A stretch of DNA of 64,000 nucleotides from Antedon mediterranea (taxonomy: Eukaryota; Animalia; Echinodermata), in the NCBI RefSeq assembly GCF_964355755.1, contig NC_092671.1, positions 25,246,070 to 25,310,069 on the forward strand. Reading direction: 5' to 3'. Below the pieces are notes generated by a model. The model saw nothing but the letters and a program-made list of their open reading frames with translations, was not told where the DNA came from and did not search any database. Position 1 is the stretch's first letter, and each line of letters opens with the position of its first letter. A program made the translations under genes and the position numbers. Below, piece by piece: positions 51,452-64,000 of this stretch.

Positions 51452-51882
51452 GAAACTTGAAAACTAGGGTTGGTAGGTCAGATGTTTGTTGACAATGTTC
51501 GTTAATGACAAAATGATTTCTTGTATAAAATACTTTTAAAAAGTAAAATAAAAGGCGCAATACAAAAATCATTACATTACATACAAATCATTTCGAAATA
51601 AACCTATCACTATTAGGCAGTGTTAAAAAAACTTGTTGAATAACAAACTAACATAAATATCCAAATATTACATTAAACATTATTTTTAGCATGTACTTAA
51701 TTTAAGTAGGTTCTTGCCATTTGATTGGATAATTGTTGGTCACATGAAAAGTAAACATAATGTGACATAGCACACTTAAGCATGCCTTGTCGTTATGTAA
51801 AATCGAATACTGCAATTTTGTTTTGCACGTTCCTTGTTGTTACACAGTGAGTGAGCAACCAGTATGTTGACTGATCACGTTC

Positions 51883-52302
51883 GATATTTTTGTTTTTCTT
51901 CTGTAATTCACCCACTTTTCGATCGATCAAATGGAAGACTCCTAACTTTTCAGCGAAAATACCGGATTTTCCCCAATTTGTATCAACGGAGTCTGGCAGA
52001 AATAGAATGACAATTAATGCAGCAACTATACAACGTCAGGCTAGGTATATAGCTAGCGTACGATGTTCGTCTGTTATCGATGTTTACCAGCTAGGCCTAC
52101 AAAACTAAGCCTAGCTAAGCTAGGCCTAAAGACCGTCCACGAGAGGTCATTCGCCGCGAGCTACTTAGGTAGTGCATTGTTTCTCACTTTTTATCTTAAT
52201 TTACCATAAAATGTAGATTTAAGACAAGGAATGACGTGGTTTAATGTTTTTAAAGTAAATATATGTATTATTTTTACAAAACGTCACAAATTGTAGGGGT
52301 CT
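51883..52302 (-). mobile_element. Truncated inverted copy of the Kolobok-like MITE
   Basis: Reverse complement of ~2625-3063; ends ggggtct|ttaa. Confidence 0.8.
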
Positions 52303-52835
52303 TTAATTATGACAATTTGAAGGATATGGGTGCACAACAACAATATATGAAAATGTACTAAATTTCAAACATAATTCTCAAATCACCTTTATGATGTCAC
52401 CTACATCACTCTCATCTCAGTGTCTTCATTCAAATTCACAAAACCATGTTCATGCAAAAAGTAAAGATGGTATCATATGGTCACTTGAATTCTCTCATGC
52501 AATACCATCGCTTTGAAATTCTCCTTCAGACCGTGTCTGACCCATCATCCTTCTTAAAACGCATACCGAGTTGTCTTATTTTGTTTTTTTACTAGGGCAG
52601 GAAGCTAGAGTCTGGGACACATGATAAAGAAACAACTGGTACTAAGGTTCTATTAGACCAAACCCTGGTTAGCAATTAACTTAAGGCGTGTCCTTCAGCC
52701 TCATTTTTATTTTGTTTCTCTCGGTCTGTATTGTAAACTGTTTCACAATGTTACGCTATGAGGTTTCATTTAAAATATGATATTGGTTACCTTATATTTA
52801 AAAAAAATATTAACAGTTTAATTTCAATTACTCAC

Positions 52836-52995
52836 TATTTTCTGATTGGTGCAATAGCAGACGTGAAGCAAAGCCTGATATTCTAGGGTCCAACACTACA
52901 ATAGACTTCTTGTCAACAAGATCAGGTTTTACTTCTGTCGTCTTACTGTTATACATTGCCCACGTTTCAGCTTCATCATATAAGGCTATATCCAC
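52836..52995 (-). CDS. IBA57: IBA57 exon 3
   Basis: VDI...WA...VLDPRISGFASRL; 160 nt; donor gtgagt. Confidence 0.9.
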
Positions 52996-53746
52996 CTATT
53001 GGGATGAGAAAAGAACATGTACTACTTGAATAAATGCTAGCACTTCTGATGTTTTAAAGAGCTTTAGTTTTAACACTCACTTTCTTAACCTGTGGTTAAT
53101 TGAAATTATGTTTAAGTATATTTAAAATGTTCAAAGTTGTATAGTGTAGTGTGTAGTGTATAATTAGCACTTGGTCAAATGTAAACAAATTCAATTAAAT
53201 TGATTGAAGGATGTAGACTGTAGCATAAATAAAATATTAATCTTGATAATTTCACATAAAAATAATTGAAAGTATAAGGGAATGTTCAGATCTACAGAGT
53301 AATGGGTAAGGTCAAATTTTAATTGTTCTAACAGAAAAATTCTTCAGACTATGAGGCCACCATAACATTAACAGGGGCTGAATTTGAAACAGAACACATA
53401 GGTACACCTTTACTAATCACAAAAGATGCAATGGCTTCTTTAAAGTGCATGTAGCATGTGTGCACAGTACATTTTTATGGTTTGGGTTGCCATGCTTCTG
53501 CACAATCGTGACGAATAATATAAATCCTAGTATTATGTATACACTTGATACAGGTATTTATTACAATACAAATTGCAATGTTTTTCGAATTTACATTCCA
53601 AAATGATGTAGAACATTATATACCCTCTCCTATTCAAAGGAAACAGTACGGAAATATATGTTTTTAACACAATGGCCAACCACTATTATTTAGGAGACAT
53701 TGGGTGTCTACTGTATGCTTTAATTGAGTGCCTTGTAAAATCTAAC

Positions 53747-53884
53747 CTTTTTTCTAAGTCTGTACATTTTGAGATGTTTTTCTAGGCTTTTAGAAGTTTC
53801 TGTATCACATTCCAGGATGTAGCAGTCCTTATCACAATATCCGGGATCATGCCAATAGCATATAACATCATACAGAATACGCCC
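53747..53884 (-). CDS. IBA57: IBA57 exon 2
   Basis: GRILYDVICY...LECD...KHLKMYRLRKK; 138 nt, phase 0-0. Confidence 0.93.
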
Positions 53885-54047
53885 CTAGAAATATGTTTTC
53901 AAAATAAACAAATCACATCTTTAATATGTTGTTATAAACTTAAATTAACACCATGTGCAGTTGTCCAGATAGATGTTCGGAGGATGGATAGTACTCTGGA
54001 AGAAAGAGAAGTTTGTGAGAGTGAGAGTTAATTTGATAGATGTATGG

Positions 54048-56860
54048 AGTATAGTTGTCAAGAGGATAGTTGTCAAAGAGGATAGTTGTCTGAGAGAATA
54101 GTTGTTTGGAGGATGGTTATCTGGAGGATAGTTGTCTGAGAGGAGAGTTGTCTGAGAGGATACAGTAGTTGTTTGGATAGTTGTCTGAGAGGATAGTTTT
54201 CTGGAGGATAGTTGTCTGGAGGATAGTTGTCAAGAGGATAGTTGTCAAGAGGATAGTTGTCTGGGAGAATGGTTGTCTGGAGGATAGTTGTCAAGAGGAT
54301 GGTTGTCTGGAAGATAGTTGTCTGGAGGATAGTTGTCTGAGAGGATAGTTGTCTGAGAGGATAGTTGTTTGGAGGATGGTTGTCTGGAGGATGGTTGTCT
54401 GAGAGGATAGTTGTCAAGAGGATAGTTGTCTGGAGGATAGTTGTCTGAGAGGATGGTTGTCTGGAGGATAGTTGTCTGGAGGATAGTTGTCAAGAGGATG
54501 GTTGTCTGGAGGATAGTTGTCAAGAGGATGGTTGTCTGGAGGATAGTTGTCAAGAGGATACTTGTCAAGAGGATGGTTGTCTGGAGGATAGTTGTCAAGA
54601 GGATGGTTGTCTGGAGGATAGTTGTCAAGAGGATACTTGTCAAGAGGATGGTTGTCTGGAGGATAGTTGTCTGGAGGATAGTTGTCTGAGAGGATGGTTG
54701 TCTGGAGGATAGTTGTCTGGAGGATAGTTGTCAAGAGGATAGTTGTCAAGAGGATGGTTGTCTGAGAGGATAGTTGTTTGGAGGATGGTTGTCTGGAGGA
54801 TGGTTGTCTGAGAGGATAGTTGTCAAGAGGATAGTTGTCAAGAGGATAGTTGTCTGGAGGATAGTTGTCTGAGAGGATGGTTGTCTTGAGAGGATAGTTG
54901 TCTTGAGAGGATAGCTGTTGGAGAGGATAGTTGTCTAGAGGATAGTTGTCTGAGAGGATAGTTTTCTGGAGGATAGTTGTCTGGAGGATAGTTGTCAAGA
55001 GGATAGTTGTCAAGAGGATAGTTGTCTGGGAGAATGGTTGTCTGGAGGATAGTTGTCAAGAGGATGGTTGTCTGGAAGATAGTTGTCTGAGAGGATAGTT
55101 GTCTGAGAGGATAGTTGTCTGAGAGGATAGTTGTTTGGAGGATGGTTGTCTTGAGGATGGTTGTCTGAGAGGATAGTTGTCTGGAGGATGGTTGTCTGGG
55201 AGGATGGTTGTCTGGAGGATAGTTGTCTGGAGGATAGTTGTCTGGAGGATAGTTGTCAAGAGGATACTTGTCAAGAGGATACTTGTCAAGAGGATGGTTG
55301 TCTGGAGGATAGTTGTCTGGAGGATAGTTGTTTGGAGAATAGTTGTTTGGAGAATAGTTGTCTGGAGGATAGTTGTCTGGAGGATAGTTGTCAAGAGGAT
55401 GGTTGTCTGGAGGATGGTTGTCTGGAGGATAGTTGTCAAGAGGATGGTTGTCTGAAAGATAGTTGTCTGGAGGATAGTTGTCTGAGAGGATAGTTGTCTG
55501 AGAGGATGGTTGTCTGGAGGATGGTTGTCTGGAGGATGGTTGTCTGAGAGGATAGTTGTCAAGAGGATAGGTGTCTGGAGGATAGTTGTCTGAGAGGATG
55601 GTTGTCTTGAGAGGATAGTTGTCTTGAGAGGATAGCTGTTGGAGAGGATAGTTGTCTAGAGGATAGTTGTCGGAGAGGATACAGTAGTTGTCTGGAGGAT
55701 AGTTGTCAAGAGGATAGTTGTCTGGAGGATAGTTGTCTGGGAGAATGGTTGTCTGGAGGATAGTTGTCAAGAGGATGGTTGTCTGGAGGATAGTTGTCTG
55801 GAGGATAGTTGTCAGGAGGATAGTTGTCTGGAGGATAGTTGTCAAGAGGATAGTTGTCTGGAGGATGGTTGTTTGGAGGATAGTTGTCTAAGAGGATAGT
55901 TGTCTGGGGGGATAAATATCTGAGAGGATAGTTGTCTGGAGGATAGTTGTCTGAGAGGATAGTTGTCTTGAGAGGATAGTTGTCTTGAGAGGATAGTTGT
56001 CTTGAGAGGATAGATGTCTGAGAGGATAGATGTCTGAGAGGATAGATGTCTGAGAGGATAGTTGTCTAGAGGATAGTTGTCTGAAAGGATAGTTGTCTGA
56101 AAGGATAGTTGTCTGAGAGGATAATTGTCTGAGAGGATAGTTGTCTGAGAGGATAGTTGTTTGGAGGATGGTTGTCTTGAGGATGGTTGTCTGGAGGATA
56201 GTTGTCAAGAGGATAGTTGTCTGGGAGAATGGTTGTCAAGAGGATAGTTGTCTGGAGGATAGTTGTCTGGGAGAATGGTTGTCTGGAGGATAGTTGTCAA
56301 GAGGATGGTTGTCTGGAGGATAGTTGTCTGGAGGATAGTTGTCAAGAGGATAGTTGTCTGGAGGATGGTTGTTTGGAGGATAGTTGTCTAAGAGGATAGT
56401 TGTCTGGGGGGATAAATATCTGAGAGGATAGTTGTCTGGAGGATAGTTGTCTGAGAGGATAGTTGTCTTGAGAGGATAGTTGTCTTGAGAGGATAGATGT
56501 CTGAGAGGATAGATGTCTGAGAGGATAGATGTCTGAGAGGATAGATGTCTGAGAGGATAGATGTCTGAGAGGATAGATGTCTGAGAGGATAGTTGTCTAG
56601 AGGATAGTTGTCTGAGAGGATAGTTGTCTGAGAGGATAGTTGTCTGGAGGATTGTCTGATAGGATAATTGTCTGAGAGAGAGGATAGTTGTCTGAGAGGA
56701 TAGTCATTTGGCGTATAGCTGTCTGGAGGATACTGATAGTGATTTGGAAGTTTTCAAGAGGATAGTTTTTTCGATAGTTAGTCTCTGAGGAGATTTCTAG
56801 AGAATAATTATTTGGATACTTGTCCGGAAGACTGTTGTCTGGAGGGTAGTTGTCCAGAAT
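54048..56860. repeat. ~2.8-kb minisatellite of 15-17-bp units (gaggatagttgtctg variants) in IBA57 intron 1
   Basis: Continuous array with degenerate edges; source of the spurious TTILQ/DNYPP ORFs. Confidence 0.95.
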
Positions 56861-56907
56861 TGTTGATATTAGTTTTCCGAAGGATAATAAAAATGCGCAA
56901 CAATTAC

Positions 56908-57186
56908 CTGATTATTAAGAAACATAGTATATAATGCTCTATGTTCATCTGTTAGTAGTTCTATATCATTAGTTGTAAGTCCTTGTAAGAGATCCTTTGC
57001 ATCTCGTCCAGATACTCGTACCAATGAACGTCCATTTAGTTTAGCACAACTAAAAAGATCAGCTTTTTGTGAAATACCGCTTGTTTGTACAGCTCTCAAT
57101 AAATTCATAAAGAAAGACTTTTGAAAAAGCTGTGAATTGTTTAGTAGTGAGAGCATTCTCACACTGGTTTGCAGATGTCTCCTCAT
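56908..57186 (-). CDS. IBA57: IBA57 exon 1 (mitochondrial targeting peptide and start of folate-binding-like domain)
   Basis: MRRHLQTSVR... basic presequence; RSLVRVSGRDAKDLLQGLTTNDI...YTMFLNNQ|gtaatt. The seven exons sum to 1050 nt = 349 aa + stop. Confidence 0.93.
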
Positions 57187-60100
57187 GCTAATAGTACTAA
57201 GTGTTTTAATTCTTTAAATATACGAATAAATAATTTCATTTGCAATCAAATTTCAATCTAAAAGATAAAAAAATTGTTTAAAAAATACATTTTACATTTC
57301 AAAAATACATAGGCTTAGCTAGGGTCGGCATGTAGTTTATGTAAGAATTAATATTATCTAGACTGCAACAACATTGTGTTAATTATAATAAATGTATTGT
57401 AACTTGTTGAATTAAATTATTTTATTAAAACTAGTTATTAATTAATACAATTAATATAGGCCTCACAAATGTGTGTATCACATCATCATCGTGAAGCCGC
57501 ACGATTTTCTGGAACTTTAAAAAACTTTGTACTGTGAAATCATTCGTAGTCCGGCGGCATTGTATCACAGTGTCAGTGTTGTCGTGACATCGTCTAGTAC
57601 ATCTAGGAGCACAACAGGGCTCCGGAAATAAGTAAGAAAGAAAGTATAAGTTATGAAACGACCTGTTTTGTAAATTAAAAAAATAACTTTGACTTTCATC
57701 AGTAAAAGTTTTCGATCAAAACATAGCTCATAATGCCACACGCTTGTTTGGCTACTCTGTATGCATAATCATAAAACTTCCTCGCAATCTGTGTGAAAAC
57801 ACCTTTTCAACTGTGACGAGTTGTAAACAATTTTAATTAGCATCATGCATAATGCATACTCGTGGTTTAAAATCTTTGTTTACTTTCACTCGTGACGATT
57901 TTCCAGACGAAATGTAATCAAATTAATTTACCTGTTAATTACGTAAACTTGATGTTTTTGCCTCGAATTAAACTTAAAGTGAATAAATTTAATATTAATT
58001 TGATATGGCCAATTTAAATTTAGAATATTTTTATTTTATTTTTTGTGTTTCAAGAGACAATACATCTTTAAGAATTAATATGTTGTAAGATGTAAATGAA
58101 ACACTGGTAAATAAATGTTAGAAATGTCTTTGCGTGTGTAAAATCTTACCTAATAAAATGTATACTGTATTAGTAAAACACCACTACTTAATTGGAATTA
58201 TGTAAAGGTACACTGTATATTGAAGTTGTTGCGCCGAATTAATGAACAGGTGCACCATACAACAGAGTTGTTTTTGCTGAGGATTTGGGCAATTTCGTTG
58301 ACCCGAAAAATGTATTTATTTTTCGTTAGTTTGTGAGTTAGTGCCCAATGTTTAACTGACTGGCATTTTTATTCGTATTATTACTCATTTTGTTTGTATA
58401 TTGATATTCTGTGCATGTGAAAATATGTTAAATGACTCAATTGTATGTCGCCGCAACTTACTTATTTTATTAGTTTTATGTTGGGTCTGTGTTCGTTTTA
58501 TTTATGCACATGTGTTCTGAAGACCCTTGAACTTCGTGACAAAACATTGAATTACTCCTGTATTGTATTAAAAACCAAACAAGAAGAAGACGACAAAGTT
58601 TGATTAAATTTGTTTTTTCTTATCATTATTTTTTTTTTCTTGATTCTGCTTGTAATGTATTGATGTGCGAGTTCCCGATATTCCTCTTTGTTCCTTAGGT
58701 CACCTACGCAATAGAAGGAAAAACATTTTAATTAAATTTCTTTTTTTTTCTTAGCATTTCTTTTTTCATAGCCAAACTATTATTTAATACTGTACTAAGA
58801 CTAAAGGGTATTTAACTGTGTCACTGACAGTTGAATTCGTTTTTCGCCAAGACTATCACGACGAAGTATCGCTGCCATTTCCTTGGATCGACTATGGAAT
58901 CTCTAACAGTGGTGGTGGGCTTGTTCTCTGATAGACTTGTAATTTCGTTTTATATATCAATGTATAATTGCAATTTCCGGGGACCTAGCAGCTCTATTTT
59001 TCAAAATTTTCTTACAGATCAGACCATGGATATCTCGCGCATTTACAATTTTTGCACCCCCAGACAGCAACCTGCCTACGTCTCTGCGATTATAACGATA
59101 TACCTCTTGGCCCATGGGTACGTTCGCGTATATTTTCTATGTCAGGCATATTGAACTTTAAAAACTTCATTTTTAAATTTGAAAGAATGGATTTACAGTC
59201 ATCGTACTACCGGACCTCTTGCAATGTGCTTTTCACACAGTATTTTATTTATGTACCATACAAAATTGAAAAAATTGGCTACCCTAAATCTGATTAAAAC
59301 TGCCTCAAATTACGCTATAACGCGTTGCTTCCGGGGGCTCCCCCCCCCCTGGCCCCCAGCCAAGTGATGCTCGCTTCACTCGCATAGCCCCCCCTCCCCC
59401 CCCCCGTCGGGGAATTTAGCCCCCGCGTCGGAAAGATCCTGGCGCAACCCCTGATCTCTAACTATTTCGTCCAGCAGACTAATTAAATACAATTAAACTG
59501 GAAACAACAACTCTAATAAATGCAAATTGTAGTAGAATAAAGTTAAGAAACACTGTTGTAATAGTAATAAAAATACTGTACAACAAAGCATGCGATGCTT
59601 TAAAAACAATAGCATGGTCTAATAGTAATACTGTATAGGCCTATACATGAATGGCGCGCCATAGAAATCTGTTGTGGACGAAACTGTCTGTACTGTGGCC
59701 GAAACGGTCATATGCCGACCAGACGAAGCAGCATAGCCTACAGTCAGACAGTACAATACAGTCTACAGACAGTAGCTAGGGCCTAGGCTAGGCCTACTAG
59801 GCTAACCAAGATCCAAGCTAGGCCCTACTAGCCTAGTACTACTACTTACAGTATTACTAGGAGGACTAGGCCTAGGTATGCCTAGCTAGGGGCCTAGCCT
59901 AGGCAGGCCTATTTTTATTTAGTATTTTGATCCTAGGCCTAGGCTACTGCTGGCCTAGCTAGGCCTGGCTAGGCCTAGCCTAGTTAATTTAATTTGTCAC
60001 TTTTATGCAGTTAATAAACAATTAGTTAGGATAAAGATATAAATTACTGCGTGTATTTTGTGTAGGAGTCAAAAACGAGCACCACCTACTTTCTGCTGTT

Positions 60101-60892
60101 GATGCAAAATTTAACTGCCGCGTGCTGCTGCAGCAAAGTTTACGTCAAAGATCTTATGTTTACGTGCAACTTTTGGCAAAGATTGTATAGCGCCGCTATA
60201 CAACCTTTGCTTTGGTGGTGCGCGCTGCTACATTACATAGCTAACTGCTGCCGCTGGCCGGCCGTGTGTCGTGCATGCTGTCTGTCTGCTACTGAATGTC
60301 GCCCTCTATTTTCGTTGATATCGGAACTTTTTTGTAACTATTATAAGCTGTGTTGTAGTAGGCCTACCCTCCCTTTCAAAAAACCGTCAGAGGTCAGTGA
60401 GTCGTCGACTAGGGTCTGTTTCAGAAATGATTGAAAGTTGTCTTTTTATATTTTTCCATTAAGTAGGAAATGCAACAAATATATCTTTACCAGGAAAATC
60501 ACAATGATCAACGTTTGAATGACTTTCAACTGGTTATACGCAACTACCTTGTAAACGAATGGAAATTCCACTCTTTGTTAAGATAAGAGTGAAACTTTCG
60601 CTCAAATGAGGGAGGGAGATGTAACGCTCTAAGAGCACTCACTGGTTAATCAAAATCATGTGAAATAATTTAAGTAACTTTTACTCTTTTCAGAGCCTGG
60701 CTCTGATATATTAATCACACTCCTAAAAGAGTGAATTTTACGTTAAATTCTATTAGCGTAAATTGTGAAAATACACTCCTTTAGATTGAATGTTCACTCT
60801 TTGGAGGACTGTGCTTAAGAACTACCCAAATAGAATAAATTCTGTTGTTGATATTTTACGCATTTTGTACAGGCCTGATACTTTATATTTAA

Positions 60893-62301
60893 CTAGCAAT
60901 TATACCCGCCCCAGGGCGGGTTTCAAAATTAGTTTACAGTCTTCTCAGTACATAACACTCGACGCCAGTATCTGTCTATACTCACCAACCTCCACCCCTC
61001 TTCAATAACACCCCATACTCTTTCTTAAAACAACTTCTTCCCAGTGATGGACAAATTCAATTCAACCTAAGCTTCGCATTGAGAGGAGTATGCATAGCTA
61101 CGATGGGTCTAATAATGGTTGAAGTACGTTGTAAATTGTGTAAATGAATAGGTGTCATATTGGCTGATAATTAAAATATGTAATTTAGATACTGCGGTCC
61201 CCCAGCCTTCTTTCTCCTTTCACCACCCCAACAAACCTTAACTCCTCCGCTGGACAGTTCAAATTTAGTAACTTTGAATTTAGTAACTTTCATTACGCTA
61301 GTATTTTCGCTCCTCCCCCTACAAACACACCCCAGATACACTGGGTGATGTGTTGAAGCCGGTTCCAGTACAGATTATGTTATTATCACTCCCAACCCAT
61401 AATCCGTCAGTGGCAGTTTTCAAATCTAGTTTAAAACATTCCAAATACAGTTTCGGTCATGGTGATAGGCCTACATCCCCTCCCCAAACTCCCAGCCGCT
61501 TCCCGGGCATAATTAAATACTTTAACATTTTCCAACCACAATTCTGATGTAAGCAAAATCCCCACTATCCCTTGAACCCCAACTCCCAAATCCTATCTCC
61601 CAACGCCCCTCTTCCACAATTGACGTTTTTTCCTTGGAGGCATGGTGATGTAGTTGAACACAGTAAAAGTAAACAACGTGTGTATGTTCACACAGGAATG
61701 GATGTCTATAATGAGACAATCCAAGAGACCGATACATAGCTGGATATGGTTAAAGTACTTTGCTAAATGTGTAAATGAATAGGTGTCACATTGGTTGAAT
61801 AAAATATGTATATCTATATACGCCTTGCTGAGGATAATTAAAATACTGTTAAACTTTTGTAGTATAATTTTACAATTCGATAGCCTACAACCCCGAGCCC
61901 TAGCAAAAAATGACATCACAAACCACCACACCACCCCCCCCCCCCCCACCCCTCCCACAAAAACCCCAGGAGTCGGGGGAATTTTTTTTAAATGTAGTTT
62001 AAAACCTTCCGGGTACAATTGCTATCATTTTGATACCCCATACGTATGGTTACGTGCAGAAACAGAAATTTTTATAACGAACAAACATCGAAAGTGGGGG
62101 TTTTGACCACATTTTGGTCCCTAACTTGGATCCTAGGTGGCGGATGATATTGAAATATAGCTTAGAACATTCCCGGTACAATTGCGGTCATTTTGATACC
62201 CCATATGTAAGATTATGTGCAGTAACACAATTTTGTATAACGAACAAACAAACAAACAGACAGACAAACAGACAGACAAACTCTCTCACTTATAATATAG
62301 A
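60893..62301 (-). mobile_element. Non-autonomous Helitron (1409 bp)
   Basis: Minus strand: A|TCTATATT start, GTTT/GTCT microsatellite near the 5' end, hairpin acccgccc/gggcgggt (60904-60921), CTAG|T end. Confidence 0.85.
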
Positions 62302-62445
62302 TACGTCTATAATACATTTTGCGCACGATATTATAGTAGCTGGACTATACTAAAAATAATAATTAATGATTCCTAACAAATGTTTTAATTTTGGAGGCGT
62401 AGGTATTGTTCTACTAACATAGATTTGTCTTATGAACCACTCTAA

Positions 62446-62740
62446 TGCCCATTTACACTATGAAATAACGAACGACGATAAATAGATAAACATGCACGTT
62501 TCAAACAAAAGAAATCTAAAATTGTTCTTCCTAGAAATATAGGATAACCAGGGAAGAATGAAATAACACAATTACCTCCTATAACCGTCTGCTGCCTTTG
62601 ATTATTTATTTAACACTCCATTGATTTAATTGTCAAAAGACACAATAAATGGTTATCCTATAGAATGAAAAACTTTTCTAATTTCTTTTGTATGTTTATC
62701 TATTTATCGTCGATCGTTATCGTTCCAGTGTAAATGGGCC
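62446..62740. mobile_element. PIF/Harbinger-like MITE
   Basis: TIR gcccatttacact...gacgataaatagataaacat / atgtttatctatttatcgtc...agtgtaaatgggc; TAA on the left, degenerate on the right. Confidence 0.65.
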
Positions 62741-64000
62741 TTCAATCTACATAATAAATAAATAAATAAATAAATGCTTTTACAAAGAAAACAAAATAAG
62801 ATATCATTGTAATATTTTATTTATTTATTTATGTTTTTACTACAACTTGATTGAATCACTTGATTAATGTGAAAGGAATGGAAACATGCCATTGCTATAT
62901 GCTGCCGAGCATGCGCACTTTGTTGTTGCGAATCAATCCACAGATCCAGTGTCATCCAAAGTACAATGTCTGGTTCAAACGGAAATCATTTCAAACTAAT
63001 GAAAACCGAGGAGGAATATGTCGAATAACCTTCGTGTGTTATCGCATCCTATATTAAGTAATATTTCGGTCATTATTGCTATATTTTATATCGAAATACC
63101 GTATAGGATTATCACAGTAAACGGGGTCGTTTCTATAAAATACAGTACGCTATAAGAGACGACGGCAGCAGTGATCATGGATTATAATCTTAGTTTAAAT
63201 TTCAAAGTTCATTTGTTCATAGATGACATCACATTGCTGTTCATTCACCTCTTTGTCCTAAAATCTATAAATTAATTATAAACAAATAAAAAATACTTAA
63301 ATAAACTAATTTTGTTATATTAATATATGTATCACCCAATATTCAGTTTTTTGTTTCCTTTTAATCACTATTTTTAATATCTATTTTATTCTTATTGGTC
63401 CTTTTAGGATATTTTTTTTAATTTTACTATTTTAAGCTAAACCTTTATAATGTTCCTGTATAGTATTTCTAGTGTCAATTGCATCCTTTATTATATATAA
63501 TTATCATTGGTTTTATACTTTTATACAAATTTTAATATTGAGAATATGTAAATATCTTTGTAATTCAGCTAAGGCTGCGATGACGATATTGAAATAAATG
63601 AAATGAAAACCCGTTCGAGACTGATGCGTGTAAACTCGTCTGACACACGCGAGGGTCCTACTCATGTGTATATTAAACATCAGGTCGTACAAGGCCCTAT
63701 AACATACACGACTGTGTTTATATTTTTTACCAGTATAAAATGTACGCTTACTATATCAGTTCACACAAACACAAATTATAGCATGTTTTCCCGCAGGGCA
63801 ATAATTATATACAATTTAACATTACATTATTTTAATATGGGTAATTGATTGGTATTTATTGTATGTAGGCTATATATTGACCTAAATACATTAAAATCAT
63901 TAAGCAACATATCTGTGTTAAACAGGTATATGTTAACAATGACGAAAACTTAAACAAACATTAAAATGCGTCGACGGAATTCAATGTAAAATTCAACATT

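Noticed and set aside
51163-51460. Repetitive ORFs (IIIVIALQQC-like / MIRPKHCCKAITL repeats)
   Set aside because: Translations of a 39-bp intronic tandem repeat whose length is a multiple of 3.
54073-56399. Long TTILQ/DNYPP/EDSCL ORFs
   Set aside because: Artefacts of the 15-bp minisatellite within IBA57 intron 1.
58831-63848. Short ORFs in the last 5 kb
   Set aside because: No recognisable domains or consistent splice structure; most overlap a Helitron, MITEs or low-complexity DNA.

Overview
AT-rich eukaryotic DNA, probably a marine invertebrate (echinoderm-like is a guess); not prokaryotic. Two intact spliced host genes lie on the minus strand: a 4-exon secreted C-type lectin with a PAN/Apple-like domain (235-2283, 250 aa) and the 7-exon mitochondrial Fe-S assembly factor IBA57 (46980-57186, 349 aa, one GC-AG intron). 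Between them are ~44 kb of nested, mostly decayed transposons. These include two Academ DNA transposons (TAG...CTA termini, 3-bp TSDs; one splits an RTE LINE), a duplicated Sola-like segment, Helitrons, two Gypsy LTR elements and several LINEs. The most unusual item is an 816-bp insert in a Gypsy gag gene, flanked by an exact 31-bp duplication. It carries an intronless PRPF18 fragment joined to a canonical histone 3' stem-loop and downstream element. All calls were made by eye; no searches were run.
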